DNA of 64,000 nt from Candidatus Uhrbacteria bacterium (lineage in GTDB: Bacteria; Patescibacteriota; Patescibacteriia; GWA2-47-26): NCBI GenBank assembly GCA_016187515.1, contig JACPJN010000007.1:228778-292777 (forward strand), in the 5' to 3' direction. Each line of letters starts with the position of its first letter. The first letter of the stretch is position 1. This document shows, in pieces, positions 1 to 10,339 of this stretch. The notes below the pieces were generated by a model. It ran no database searches and was not told where the DNA came from. It saw only the letters and a list, made by a program, of their open reading frames with translations. The position numbers and the translations under genes were made by a program.

Positions 1-391
1 GAAATGTCTTTATTGCGCCCATAACTGTCTCAAAAGTAACGCGATGATCCGAATGAATATCGGATCGATTGGGAAGATAGATGGTTGTCGGTTGGACTTC
101 CTTCACCACTTTAGATACCGCGGCCATTAACTCCCGTCTCGGCACAGTATCAAGCATTGTAGTTGCATACTGCAGCGGAAATACCTTTTCAAAATGATAT
201 GCCTCTACCACTTTTTTAATCTCCTCCTCCCGTATGCTAATCTGCTCCGCGCTATAACCGACCACGGGCGACATCTTGGTCATTATCAACCAATACACCT
301 GATCCCCATGGCCCGCATGTTTTAAAAGTGTTCCTCCGCAACCAAGCGTTTCGTCGTCAGGATGAGGGGCTACTACGAGTATTGTGGCCAT
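1..391 (-). CDS. PIG-L/LmbE family deacetylase (runs off the window edge)
   Basis: Manual translation from ATG at 391: MATILVVAPHPDDETLGCGGTLLKH...PNRSDIHSDHRVTF; HPDDE and HxDH motifs. Not in the ORF track. Confidence 0.9.
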   Translation of the reverse strand, partial: MATILVVAPHPDDETLGCGGTLLKHAGHGDQVYWLIMTKMSPVVGYSAEQISIREEEIKKVVEAYHFEKVFPLQYATTMLDTVPRRELMAAVSKVVKEVQPTTIYLPNRSDIHSDHRVTFETVMGAIKTF

Positions 392-402
392 ATAAGCGAT
401 TA

Positions 403-472
403 AATCCCCCCTCTTTCCGCCCGAGGCGGATCCGCCTTGGGAGGAAAGGTAAGAGGGGTAGGGGGAGTTATG
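403..472. repeat. CCCCTC/GAGGGG palindromic element with nested TCCGCC..GGCGGA palindrome
   Basis: Ends GGTAAGAGGGGTAGGGGGAGTTATGA like copies at 19136-19222 and 27538-27577; overlaps the neuC stop codon. Confidence 0.75.
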
Positions 473-1649
473 AGATACCGACAAGATTCTTTTTAATTAG
501 CCATTGCTTATCGCTTAGATCTATTGATCGTAGCACATCTCTAATTTTTTCTGAAGTATAACCATTACCGAACGGATTTTTCAGTTCTGCCACTTTTGCC
601 CGATATTCTTCATCTGTGCATGCTTTGTGGATAGCCTGTGTGATACTTTGCAGATCATCCGGCACAAACTCAACATTTCCGGCATTTAATCGTCCCTGTT
701 GTCTATTTCCTACATTAACAACCGGAAGTTTATAAAATGGCGCCTCCAGAAGACCCATGCTGGAATTTCCAACAAGCGCTCTGGCGTGCCGCATAACATT
801 AACAAATATCTCCCGCTCAAGGTTTTTGTAAAATTTAATAAACGGCTTATCCTTATACGACTGAATCGCCTCTACAATGTCGTGCGCGCCCGGATCGGTA
901 TTGGGATGAATGGCCACTACTTTGTAGCCGGATTCTTTAGAGAATCTCTCCAGCGCTTGAAGATTAATATGCATTTGTCGTCCGGCATCCTGCCATTCTG
1001 AAGAAAGTGGATTTCGAATAAACACAACATAGTGTCCATCGGTAATATCAAATTTCAATATATTGCTTATCTCGCTTAAACTGCGCGCTGGGGTCGTCCG
1101 AATAGTATCTAAAGCCGGATCACCAACATTAAAAATCCGAAATTCTTCTTCACCAACCCGCTGCAAATTTTTTGCGTACGCGTCTGCCAGAGTAAAATGG
1201 ATGTGTGCCAATTTTGAAACCGCAAATCGTATGGGGTCGTCGGCATTCCCATATACCGGATCTCCTCCGCCAAGGTGCGCGACAGCGACATCCATATAAT
1301 TACCAACTAACGCGGCGGCGATACTCTCTTCTCTATCTCCGACCACAAAAATAACATCCGGCTTTTCTCTTTCCACTGTTTGCGCGAGCGCATAAGTCAA
1401 CATTCCAACCCCTTTGACGCGCTGGGTCGTCCGATTAGTCATTAACTGGCTATCGATTTTATCAACAACATGAAACCCGTCCGCTTCAATCTCCCGCAGA
1501 GTAAGTCCATGCCAGTCGGACAAATGCGCTCCGGAAACAACAACCCGAACGTCAAACTGCTCATCTTTCCGCAACGCATTAATGACTGGATATAGAATAT
1601 AATATTCGCTTCTGATGCCGGTTAACGCGAGAATTTTTTTTATTGCCAT
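468..1649 (-). CDS. neuC: UDP/GDP-N-acetylglucosamine 2-epimerase, hydrolysing (NeuC/LegG type)
   Basis: TGIRSEY, GDREE, GNSSMG, VNVGNRQQGR and NPFGNG motifs. Confidence 0.92.
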   Translation of the reverse strand: MAIKKILALTGIRSEYYILYPVINALRKDEQFDVRVVVSGAHLSDWHGLTLREIEADGFHVVDKIDSQLMTNRTTQRVKGVGMLTYALAQTVEREKPDVIFVVGDREESIAAALVGNYMDVAVAHLGGGDPVYGNADDPIRFAVSKLAHIHFTLADAYAKNLQRVGEEEFRIFNVGDPALDTIRTTPARSLSEISNILKFDITDGHYVVFIRNPLSSEWQDAGRQMHINLQALERFSKESGYKVVAIHPNTDPGAHDIVEAIQSYKDKPFIKFYKNLEREIFVNVMRHARALVGNSSMGLLEAPFYKLPVVNVGNRQQGRLNAGNVEFVPDDLQSITQAIHKACTDEEYRAKVAELKNPFGNGYTSEKIRDVLRSIDLSDKQWLIKKNLVGIS

Positions 1650-2434
1650 AAATCATCTAATTCACTTTGATCCAATTCGGACTGGTCGGAAATGCCGCTC
1701 GGTATCTCTTGCGCACTCTCGGCGCCACTTTTTACGAGTTCTTCTCTTTGAATATTTCCTTCCATTAGAACTTCCAAACTCTTGCCGCCGCAATTGAATA
1801 GCAGATCGACAATGCTTAATTTCGAGACGAACTCTCCCCACTGTTGAGGATACTTTGGGTAATGATAGTCCTGAAAATACGGCTGGACGCCTGCGCCCTT
1901 GAAATCTTTTGTCTTGACATACCGCTTTCCAAACGCGCCAAAAATATAGGCATCGGCTCCAAGCTTTTTACACATATCCAGCACCAGCTCTGACCCTTTA
2001 CCCTCAAAATGCATTTCCGAGGCCTTAGAATACCTAACCTTGATATCAAGTTCTTTTAAAAACCAAAGTAGTATGTAGTCCGTCAGCTCTGAAAAATATT
2101 TCCAGTCGCGCTTATATACATCTTCAAAAAAATCAGCATAACTGCTCCAGAACGGAGCATGTTTGTAACTAACCATGAGCGACCTAAAATGTTTTGACCG
2201 CCAATCCGTTGAATTATCTATCTCCATCTGCCAGAGCTGTTTTTCTCTGTAACCGTGAGTTAATAGTGGTACCGTGAGAAAACAAGTCCCCTGCGCGGTT
2301 TTGATCGTATTTCTATTAAACCCGCGCCGCCGATACTGCGCAATATCGAAGGAACAAAACGCGTCGCTCAAAGCAATCTTGTGGAAAAACGCGAGCCAGG
2401 GAAGATAAGTTGGCTGATGCGCGGTAAGTATCAT
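1640..2434 (-). CDS. WbqC family protein
   Basis: MILTAHQPTYLPW, NRNTIKT and LSIVDLLFNCG motifs. Confidence 0.9.
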   Translation of the reverse strand: MILTAHQPTYLPWLAFFHKIALSDAFCSFDIAQYRRRGFNRNTIKTAQGTCFLTVPLLTHGYREKQLWQMEIDNSTDWRSKHFRSLMVSYKHAPFWSSYADFFEDVYKRDWKYFSELTDYILLWFLKELDIKVRYSKASEMHFEGKGSELVLDMCKKLGADAYIFGAFGKRYVKTKDFKGAGVQPYFQDYHYPKYPQQWGEFVSKLSIVDLLFNCGGKSLEVLMEGNIQREELVKSGAESAQEIPSGISDQSELDQSELDDLWQ

Positions 2435-3561
2435 AGTATTGCATCCTTAAACTGTCCGGCTATAAAGCGGGCTGCATCTTTACTAATCCCGAGATGAATC
2501 GGCAGGCAGATATGGCGCTGTGCCCGACTCTCCGCGTTTAGATATTGGCCGGCTTTTGTGCCATACATCCTCTGAAATGCCGGCTGAAGATGAATAAGCG
2601 GCTGATAAGGCCAGTCAATAACAATGTCTTTTTCTTTCATTCTTTCCCGCACCTTATCACGATTAACGCCGGATTGCAAGAATACAATAAACCGCCAGTA
2701 GGAATGCCGCACTGCATCTGGAAACTGCGAAAATGTAATCCGACCTTCTTTTTCAAACGAGCGCAATTCTTCTTGATATATTCGGGCAATCATATTGCGA
2801 TGCGCCACAAACTCATCCAGCCGTTTGAGCTGAAAGCGTCCTAAAATTCCTTGGAATTCCGTCATGCGCCGATTGCCGCCTATTTCTGAATACTGCTCAA
2901 GGGGCGCATCCACATCAATTCCGAGATGAATTAAACTACGGCACAGTTTCGCGACTGCCTCATTATTAGTCGTAATCATTCCGCCATCACCGGTGGTTAT
3001 TACTTTGGTAGAAAAAAAAGAAAAACATCCGGCGTCTCCGATCGCGCCGGCGCGCACGCCATTGATTTCCGCTCCGGACGCGTGCGCCGCGTCCTCAATC
3101 AATAATATATTACGCTCCTTAAGATAATCACGGATCGCAAAAATTTCTGGATGAATCAGTCCGGCAAAATGCACCATCACCACGGCTTTGGTCGCCGCGG
3201 TAATCTTTGCTTTCAAATCTTCAAACGAGAGAAGGAAATTATCATCCGTGTCGCAAAATATCGGACGGGCGCCAACCATAACCGCGCTTGAAGCGCTTGA
3301 AAAAAACGTCTGCACCGGAACAATTACCTCGTCTCCTGTTCCAATGCCATACGCACGCAACACGACTTCCAGCGCCGAGGTGCAAGAATTAGCAGCTACG
3401 GCATGCCGCACTCCGGTGTACGCGGCAAATTCCTTTTCAAATTCTTTTACCTGCGGGCCCTTGGTAAGCATTCCTTCGCCGGCAAGAATATTCTTGAATT
3501 CGCTTAAAATTCGTTCAATATCTTCTTTCGGGAAATAAGGAAACGCGGAATTATATTTCAT
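2431..3561 (-). CDS. DegT/DnrJ/EryC1/StrS aminotransferase
   Basis: NSCTSAL, EDAAHA and SFFSTKVITTGDGG (PLP lysine). Confidence 0.93.
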   Translation of the reverse strand: MKYNSAFPYFPKEDIERILSEFKNILAGEGMLTKGPQVKEFEKEFAAYTGVRHAVAANSCTSALEVVLRAYGIGTGDEVIVPVQTFFSSASSAVMVGARPIFCDTDDNFLLSFEDLKAKITAATKAVVMVHFAGLIHPEIFAIRDYLKERNILLIEDAAHASGAEINGVRAGAIGDAGCFSFFSTKVITTGDGGMITTNNEAVAKLCRSLIHLGIDVDAPLEQYSEIGGNRRMTEFQGILGRFQLKRLDEFVAHRNMIARIYQEELRSFEKEGRITFSQFPDAVRHSYWRFIVFLQSGVNRDKVRERMKEKDIVIDWPYQPLIHLQPAFQRMYGTKAGQYLNAESRAQRHICLPIHLGISKDAARFIAGQFKDAIL

Positions 3562-4493
3562 ACAGGCGCGGGCATGCTCTCAATATATTTTTTTATGCCA
3601 TCTTCTAAAGTCATCGGACTAAAACCTAACCGCTGTTTTATTTTTCCAATATTCATATTTACATCCCAAGGAGGGGAAGATGGCTTGTCAATCAATACCA
3701 CCTTGGATGATGAATGTAAATAATCTCTTACATATTCTGCGATCCTGGCCATCGGCAAAGAATTGGCGCTTCCAACAAGAAATATCTCAAACGGCGTGAG
3801 AATCTCCTTTTTCTCGGCAACTCTGCACAGTGCGTCAATCGCGTCGTCAACATAAAGCGCGTTGCGAAGCGTCTCGCCACGACCGTAGACCTCAATCGGC
3901 TTTGCTTCTTTAGCCAGCTGATAGTAGGTATAGATCATCCCGCCCAAATGATTACGGCCGAAAAGCGATGGAAAACGCACTACCGTTGCCTGCACATTCG
4001 TTCGCTGCAGTTCAATCTCAATCAGCCGTTCGGCAATATATTTTGTAAGACCGTAATAATTGCTGGGGACAGCAGGCACATCTTCACTAAGCTCCTTATC
4101 AAAAACACCGCATACGGCAATGGTTGAGACATAAATGAGCTGACTGGCGGATTGTTTGGCTAGTGTGATGACATTACGCGTGGTTGAAACATTGCCTTTG
4201 TAAAAATCGTCAAAACTAAGTGCGGGCGAAGATGGCTGCTGGGCGGCAAGGTGAAAAATGGTCTCAATCTTATACTCTGAAAGCGCGGCGGTAACGTCTT
4301 GTGTGAGGTCGAGTTTACGCAAAATAAATTGGGGATCTTTTACTGCCCTAGCTGATAAAAATCCTTGGTCGCGCCGGCCAATGCCAATCACCCGCTTGCC
4401 ACGATCAAGAAGCGCCCCCGTAAGCGCGCTCCCTAAAAATCCGGTTGCTCCTGTAACCAGATATGTTTGCATACTAACTTGATTTTCTCGCAT
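3558..4493 (-). CDS. NAD-dependent epimerase/dehydratase
   Basis: VTGATGFLG and YGLTK (YxxxK). Confidence 0.9.
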   Translation of the reverse strand: MRENQVSMQTYLVTGATGFLGSALTGALLDRGKRVIGIGRRDQGFLSARAVKDPQFILRKLDLTQDVTAALSEYKIETIFHLAAQQPSSPALSFDDFYKGNVSTTRNVITLAKQSASQLIYVSTIAVCGVFDKELSEDVPAVPSNYYGLTKYIAERLIEIELQRTNVQATVVRFPSLFGRNHLGGMIYTYYQLAKEAKPIEVYGRGETLRNALYVDDAIDALCRVAEKKEILTPFEIFLVGSANSLPMARIAEYVRDYLHSSSKVVLIDKPSSPPWDVNMNIGKIKQRLGFSPMTLEDGIKKYIESMPAPV

Positions 4494-5340
4494 TAATCAC
4501 AAGCGCGAACCCTGCCCATTGTCCAATCGCGCGCTCAAAACTGCTGGGGAGTATGACATCGGCGTCTCCTAAATGCACTCTGTGCCGTTTCCATACATGA
4601 TAAATTCCCGGAAACAGATCAGGCCAGTGAAAAGAATGTTTGCGCAAACTTACAATTTGAAATTTATTAAACAGCTGTTTCATCTGCCGGCCGGAATACA
4701 CTTTCGTCATTGGGTTTAATCTTTCTTCCTTTGTATGCCAAGCCAGTTCAGTAGTGTGCCCGAGCCAGTTGCGGCCATGCCGAAAAATTCCGCCGAGAAT
4801 AATTCCGCGCACCAAAAGTAAACTCACCAGATACTGAAAAGACCACTTTGCGTAGAGCATGACGACCGCATGTCCGCCCGGTTTGAGCACGCGATGTATT
4901 TCATCCACTGCCTTTTGAGTATTGGGCGTATGATGCAAAACGCCACTTGAAAACACTATATCAAAACTATTATCGGGAAACGGTAAATTCTCCGCGTCGG
5001 CCTGTACCGCGTTTCCGGCAAGACCGAGTAGTTCAAATTTCGCTTTAGTAATAGCGACCGCCTCATCCGTTAAATCCGAAGCGGTTACCTGCGCCCCATC
5101 CAGCGCAAAAATTATACTGCTCGTTCCTGCTCCGCAACCGACCTCTAACACTGTCTTATCACGCAGTCCGATATCCTTCATCTCGCGCACCTGTTCACTT
5201 TCTTGCATTTCCAGGAGCATCCGGATTGCGCCAAGTTCTTGAAGGTATCGCTCTTTGGTTTTAGTACTTCCATCATCTCGTCCGCGCTTTTCCCATCCTT
5301 TACCCCAAAATTCCTTCATTTCTTGTTTGAATGTATTCAT
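4474..5340 (-). CDS. Class I SAM-dependent methyltransferase
   Basis: VLEVGCGAG, DAENLPFPDNSFD and RVLKPGG. Confidence 0.92.
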   Translation of the reverse strand: MNTFKQEMKEFWGKGWEKRGRDDGSTKTKERYLQELGAIRMLLEMQESEQVREMKDIGLRDKTVLEVGCGAGTSSIIFALDGAQVTASDLTDEAVAITKAKFELLGLAGNAVQADAENLPFPDNSFDIVFSSGVLHHTPNTQKAVDEIHRVLKPGGHAVVMLYAKWSFQYLVSLLLVRGIILGGIFRHGRNWLGHTTELAWHTKEERLNPMTKVYSGRQMKQLFNKFQIVSLRKHSFHWPDLFPGIYHVWKRHRVHLGDADVILPSSFERAIGQWAGFALVINARKSS

Positions 5341-5341
5341 A

Positions 5342-5635
5342 CCCGCCTAAGTTTTTGCACTTAATAAGTAGTGCTTTAATGCTTTATGCATATATCGGCG
5401 ACCCCAGCCAGTCTTAAAAAATTTCTCCCTTTGTTCGGCATCTTTTCGATGGGGATAAGCTTCATAGTAAATAAGCATAAATGGGGTGCGTGTTTTAGTG
5501 GCAAACGATAGTTTAGCATTATGTTCTCGTATTCTTTTCCGTAAATTATCCGTACATCCTATGTAGAATTTACCATCTTTGAGACTTCGTAGAATATACA
5601 CATACGAGAACATACGGTGCAAAAATTTAGGCGGG
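5342..5635. mobile_element. GIY-YIG cassette bounded by 19-bp inverted repeats
   Basis: CCCGCCTAAGTTTTTGCAC (5342-5360) and GTGCAAAAATTTAGGCGGG (5617-5635), 18/19 complementary. Confidence 0.7.
5347..5613 (-). CDS. Small stand-alone GIY-YIG nuclease
   Basis: YVYILRS..FYIG.T.NLRKRIREHN..YYEAY..AEQREKFFK; ATG at 5613 preferred over the ORF-track start. Confidence 0.9.
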   Translation of the reverse strand: MFSYVYILRSLKDGKFYIGCTDNLRKRIREHNAKLSFATKTRTPFMLIYYEAYPHRKDAEQREKFFKTGWGRRYMHKALKHYLLSAKT

Positions 5636-7012
5636 CGTACAAAAAGTCCTCACCTGCGGGTGATCTTTTGCTTCCTGCTCCATCTTATCAAGAGTCGCGT
5701 CAACCCGCGAATCTTTTAAACGATAAAAATCCCGCAAGGTGCGAAAATTACCGCGTTTATAAAAGCGATATTGATTCCTGAAATAATATGCAAGCGGCGC
5801 CAGCCATAGCGGCACTTTATGAGGAATAGGAAGGGCTTCTTTCCAAGTATCATTTTGGACTTCTTTAAAGTCAGCTAAATCCTTAAGCACATCATCCGCT
5901 ATAACTTCATGCGCGGCTTTTTGATAAGGCCAATTATAGAGATCGCTTAAAAGTCCTGCAACTTCTTCTTTTGATCTTGGCGCAACCGACAACTTCCCGT
6001 CCTGCGCGGCGCGGATTTGATCAAATAATTCGTCTTCGGTTTTCGGTAAATGAAAAGAGGCCACGAATTTTTCAAATCCGCCGGCAACTTTATCAACATG
6101 GCGAAACAAATGCTCCTGATCCATAGTCCCCACAATCGAGACCACTGGAATACCTTCAATATACGCCTCCAGCCCGGTTGTTGACCAAGAAGTCATGAGT
6201 AGATCAATTCTAGATAACCACTCCGATAGCGGCACATTTAACATCACTTTAACCCGCTTGGGGTAGCGCTTTTGCAAAAACATATATTCTTTTTCATCCT
6301 CAAACGGACTTGGCCGGAAAATAACCTTTCCGGGAAAATCTTCAAGAAAACGCTTTAAATATCGCATCGACAGTCGCAGTGTTGCCTGATCAAGCCAGCA
6401 CATATCTTCAAAATGCCGGCGTGGAGGCAACCAAGTAAAGGTTAAGTCCTTGTGAAAATCAAAAAGGGTTTGCGCGTAATGCGGTTCGCCATAGTAGGCG
6501 CTGGTGGTTTTTGCGGAAAATGCCACGCCAAGGGTAAATTCTTTTGAATCCTTCGGTAGTGTGCGCGTCCGCACATGGTGGCGATAAACATCCAGCCGGG
6601 GACTGCCCGCCACCGTCAGCTGATCTTCTCGAAACATGCCGGTTTCCAAAAGCGAATTACGAACATAGTCACTCCAAACATAACACCGGCGTACCCAGTC
6701 AACAGAATCAATGTGTTCGTAAGGATCTCCCTTAAAAACCGCCAGCATGCTTTCCTTAGTAAGATAGGCGCCCTCGGCCGGAAATACATAAATACGGGAG
6801 CACTTTGCCGCTGGCTTGGCAAAGTGCATGTTGGCCCGGTTGGCCATCACGCCGTGCGGTTTAAACCGCCGTAGATTCGGCACCATGTCCAAAAGCGTGG
6901 ATAGCCGCGCATCCGCTCCTTTTTTTAAAAACGCGCGCTGAAGCATGCGGGTCGCGATAAAATCCCGGCGAGCATTATCCGCGACTAAAAGAATTCTTTT
7001 TTTCATAGGCAA
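5627..7012 (-). CDS. Surface carbohydrate biosynthesis protein (GT-B-like)
   Basis: N-terminal RDF, GSPRLD, FRPSP and STTGLEAY..GIPVVS motifs; glycan locus context. Confidence 0.65.
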   Translation of the reverse strand: MPMKKRILLVADNARRDFIATRMLQRAFLKKGADARLSTLLDMVPNLRRFKPHGVMANRANMHFAKPAAKCSRIYVFPAEGAYLTKESMLAVFKGDPYEHIDSVDWVRRCYVWSDYVRNSLLETGMFREDQLTVAGSPRLDVYRHHVRTRTLPKDSKEFTLGVAFSAKTTSAYYGEPHYAQTLFDFHKDLTFTWLPPRRHFEDMCWLDQATLRLSMRYLKRFLEDFPGKVIFRPSPFEDEKEYMFLQKRYPKRVKVMLNVPLSEWLSRIDLLMTSWSTTGLEAYIEGIPVVSIVGTMDQEHLFRHVDKVAGGFEKFVASFHLPKTEDELFDQIRAAQDGKLSVAPRSKEEVAGLLSDLYNWPYQKAAHEVIADDVLKDLADFKEVQNDTWKEALPIPHKVPLWLAPLAYYFRNQYRFYKRGNFRTLRDFYRLKDSRVDATLDKMEQEAKDHPQVRTFCTPA

Positions 7013-7018
7013 TTCAAT

Positions 7019-8017
7019 CTAAACATTGTAGATGTCATTTTTATAACGACTAAAATTTTCTGTTTTACGAAACCACTCAATAGTCCGGCGCAGTCCTTCT
7101 TGCAGAGTAACCTTCGGCGTCCACCCGGTCAATTCCTTGATAAGACGGCTATCGCATACGAGCCGCTCCACCTCGCTTCGCTCCGGACGCTGACGCACAT
7201 CGTCTTTTGCAATCATCACCTGAACCCCCATCAGTTCAAATATTTGTTTTGCAAGATCGCCAATCGAAATCTCCGTGCTTGATCCAATATTAACCTCTTT
7301 ACCCACTGCGCCATCGCAACTTCCAAGGGCCACTAACCCCCGACAGGTATCCTCAACATAGTTGAAGTCCCTGGTCGGAGTAAGCGAGCCAAGCTTGATC
7401 TCTTGTAAACCCGCGAGCACCTGGGTCACAATCGTAGGGATCACCGCGCGGGCTGATTGACGCGGACCATAAGTGTTAAACGGACGCGCAATCACCACAG
7501 GAGTTCCAAACGAACAGTAAAACGACTCGGCAAGACGATCTGCTCCCAGTTTCGCCGCGGCATACGGCGATTGCGTCTGAAACGGATGACGCTCGTCGAT
7601 TGGAACATATCGCGCGGTTCCATACACTTCGGAAGTGGACACAATGACAACGCGAGGTGTATTTAATTCACGACACGCCTGCAATACATTAAGCGCGCCT
7701 TTTACATTAGTGTCCACAAACGCATCGGGAGAATGATAAGAAAAAGGGATCGCAATAAGCGAAGCCAGGTGAAATACCGCGTCAACTCCCCTGACGGCGG
7801 CGCGGACCCCGTGCGGATCACGGATATCTCCGGCCACAACTTCTACTTGAGACAATATCTCCTTGGATAGCGTATCCAGCCAACCCCATGAATTAAAGGA
7901 GTTATAAAACACGAATGCGCGTACCCGACATCCTTCTTGGAGCAGATGTTCAACTAAGTGGCTCCCGATAAAACCGTCCGCGCCCGTAACGAGCACATTT
8001 TTCCCCTTGAGTTCCAT
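7019..8017 (-). CDS. NAD-dependent 4,6-dehydratase, LegB type
   Basis: VTGADGFIGSH, YNSFNSWGWLD, IAIPFSY, RPFNTYGPRQSARAVIPT and C-terminal YK.DIYNV. Confidence 0.88.
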   Translation of the reverse strand: MELKGKNVLVTGADGFIGSHLVEHLLQEGCRVRAFVFYNSFNSWGWLDTLSKEILSQVEVVAGDIRDPHGVRAAVRGVDAVFHLASLIAIPFSYHSPDAFVDTNVKGALNVLQACRELNTPRVVIVSTSEVYGTARYVPIDERHPFQTQSPYAAAKLGADRLAESFYCSFGTPVVIARPFNTYGPRQSARAVIPTIVTQVLAGLQEIKLGSLTPTRDFNYVEDTCRGLVALGSCDGAVGKEVNIGSSTEISIGDLAKQIFELMGVQVMIAKDDVRQRPERSEVERLVCDSRLIKELTGWTPKVTLQEGLRRTIEWFRKTENFSRYKNDIYNV

Positions 8018-8091
8018 AGATTTTACATTGTACTCCCTTCTAAACAAAAAGCAAGGGGGTATGCTCGTCAGAACAATACCCCATGGAACCG

Positions 8092-9093
8092 CTATACCTC
8101 GATCAATTCGTCAGCCCGGAAATCCCGCCTGGACTTTTGCCCAAGCACCCGATCCCACTGCATCGCGCTTATCCCGCTTCCCGGACGCTTGGTGGTCAGA
8201 TTATCTTCACTAAACATTTCGCCAGCGGCAATGTCGCGGGAAGCCACGATACTTTTACGACCAACTGCTTTAAGTACCAGCTCGCGCTCGGTCGGACGCT
8301 TTACTCCATCACCAAGTGCGGATTCCACATTGCGAATCGCGGCCACCATGGCGCTAAGTTCATCGGGTTCAAGCGAGGCCTTGTGATCCGGGCCCGGCAT
8401 ATTGCGATCCAGTGTAAAGTGTTTTTCAATCACGCTCGCGCCGAGCGCCACTGCCGCAATCGGAATCTCAATGCCTGGGGTGTGATCCGAGTAACCCACC
8501 TTAACACCTAAGGCGTCGCGCATAGTTAGCATCGCGCGCAAATTTACATCTTGCATTTGAGTCGGATAATCCGTATGGCAATGGAGCACTGTGATTTTCC
8601 CTTTTGGTGTGCCTGCCTGCACGAGCACATTTAGCGCCGCCTCCACTTCGTCCATGTTTGCCATACCGGTTGACATAATCACCTCACGTCCAAGCCCACC
8701 GATTTTGCGCAGAAGGGGAAGATTAGTAATTTCGCCAGAAGCAATCTTAAACACCGACATCCCAAGTCCTGCGAGAAAATCCACACTCTCCAGATCAAAC
8801 GGTGTGGACATAAACATGATGCCGGTCTGCGCGCAGTACGCAACAAGTTCGCGATGCGCTTCCGCGGACAACTCCAGTGCGCGCAACATCTCTGCCTGCG
8901 ATTCGTTCGTGCCGGTATTTTCTATCTGATACCCGGCTTTTACTGCGCTGGCTATTACCAACTGGTCCGCGCGGAAGGTCTGAAATTTCACCGCATCAGC
9001 GCCCGCGTCAACCGCCGCATCAACCAATTTTTTGGCAATTTCAAGATCGCCATTATGATTTACTCCGGCCTCGGCAATGATAAAGGTATGCAT
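8092..9093 (-). CDS. neuB: N-acetylneuraminate/legionaminate synthase
   Basis: IIAEAGVNHNG, KFQTF, GYSDHT, IEKHFTLD and SAF domain KRPGSGIS. Confidence 0.93.
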   Translation of the reverse strand: MHTFIIAEAGVNHNGDLEIAKKLVDAAVDAGADAVKFQTFRADQLVIASAVKAGYQIENTGTNESQAEMLRALELSAEAHRELVAYCAQTGIMFMSTPFDLESVDFLAGLGMSVFKIASGEITNLPLLRKIGGLGREVIMSTGMANMDEVEAALNVLVQAGTPKGKITVLHCHTDYPTQMQDVNLRAMLTMRDALGVKVGYSDHTPGIEIPIAAVALGASVIEKHFTLDRNMPGPDHKASLEPDELSAMVAAIRNVESALGDGVKRPTERELVLKAVGRKSIVASRDIAAGEMFSEDNLTTKRPGSGISAMQWDRVLGQKSRRDFRADELIEV

Positions 9094-9149
9094 AATAGAT
9101 GACCAGTATATCAGAAGCAAACGCGCGCGGCAAGGCACTGATCATCAAA

Positions 9150-9187
9150 GAAAAAAGTCCTACCCCGGATGGCCGGAAATAGGACTG
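9150..9187 (-). terminator. Intrinsic terminator of inserted ORFan
   Basis: AGTCCTA..TAGGACT hairpin followed by a T-run on the minus strand. Confidence 0.6.
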
Positions 9188-9230
9188 CTGACCTGGATCA
9201 GCTAGGAAAAAGGTTCATCGAGCAGAGGGA

Positions 9231-10229
9231 CTACAGGGTCTGGAGCAGGCGCGCCGCCACGGCCATCGGCACTCCGCCATCCACCCCGGTCCAGCTCGTC
9301 ACCTCGGTCAAGACCGCGCGGGCCTCGTCCGTTCTGCCGAGCGACTTGAGCGCCCGGGCCTTGTGGAGCTTGAGCGAGAGCACCACGTTGGCAAACGAGG
9401 TCAGGGTTACCTCCGGAGCAACGAGCGCCGCGTCCGCCGCCGCGATCTGCGTTTCCGGATCGGCGATCTCGGAGACCTGGAACAGCCGCTTCCAGCTAGC
9501 GTACGCCGTCGGGAAGGTACCGCTCCGCAGCTCGTTCCGATCGTCCTCGCGTTCGAGGTAGTCCCGCTCGGCCAAGAGGTGCGCGAACCAGATGTGCCAG
9601 GTCGCGTTCTCCTGCATCCAGAGCGGGTACTTCTCGGTCGTGGCGCGCACAAGCTCCCGCATCTGCCGCAGGTGGGCGAGCTGTACCGCGATCTCCGGGG
9701 AGCTGTCGCGCGTGATGGAGTCGGAGGTGTACTCGACCGCGACCAGGAAAAGGCCAACCGGCGCCTTCTCCTGCCGTCCGGCCGCCATGAAGTAGTTGGC
9801 CGAGGCGAGCTGGGAGTTTCCGGCCTCGCGGTAATGCCGCAAACCGCGAAGCACGATCCCGAGGTTGTAGCAGACGCTCGCTCCCAGCAGGTACTTGAAC
9901 TGACCGGACGGGAGATCCTGGATCAGGTCGTCCCTGATCCGGGCGTACGCCGTGGCTACGGTGTTGTGATCCGCGGCGTTGGGCGGGCGTCGGCGGCCAT
10001 TCCACTCCTCGACCCGGCAGGCGAGCCGCATTGCCGGATCGGTCGTGCGGTTGGAGGCGAGCTCAAACAGGTGGGCGTAGCGGGCCGGATCTTGCGGCGC
10101 GCCGTTTCTGCCGGAAAGCAAATCGCCCACCGGATGACCCATGAAGAAGTCCGCTCCCAACGGCTCGGCGACCAACCTGGCCGCGAGCGCTTCGTCAGAT
10201 GCTGTCCAATCCCAGGGTGTCGAATCCAT
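9231..10229 (-). CDS. GC-rich hypothetical protein with TPR-like helices, inserted in the glycan operon
   Basis: YNLGIVLRGLRHYREAG and KARALKSLGRTDEARAVL; SD GAGGAG; own promoter. Confidence 0.7.
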   Translation of the reverse strand: MDSTPWDWTASDEALAARLVAEPLGADFFMGHPVGDLLSGRNGAPQDPARYAHLFELASNRTTDPAMRLACRVEEWNGRRRPPNAADHNTVATAYARIRDDLIQDLPSGQFKYLLGASVCYNLGIVLRGLRHYREAGNSQLASANYFMAAGRQEKAPVGLFLVAVEYTSDSITRDSSPEIAVQLAHLRQMRELVRATTEKYPLWMQENATWHIWFAHLLAERDYLEREDDRNELRSGTFPTAYASWKRLFQVSEIADPETQIAAADAALVAPEVTLTSFANVVLSLKLHKARALKSLGRTDEARAVLTEVTSWTGVDGGVPMAVAARLLQTL

Positions 10230-10310
10230 TGTTGCTTCTCCTCTTGTTTATCTGCCGGTTGCCTTGCCAACCGGTAGATATGATGGAACACTCTTGCACA
10301 AGGTACCTTA

Positions 10311-10339
10311 TATATAACATGGCGGCTTAAAAATGTCAA
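10311..10339 (-). promoter_or_regulatory. Sigma70-type promoter of the inserted gene
   Basis: TTGACA (containing the neuD TGA) -17- TATATA, preceded by TG. Confidence 0.55.
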
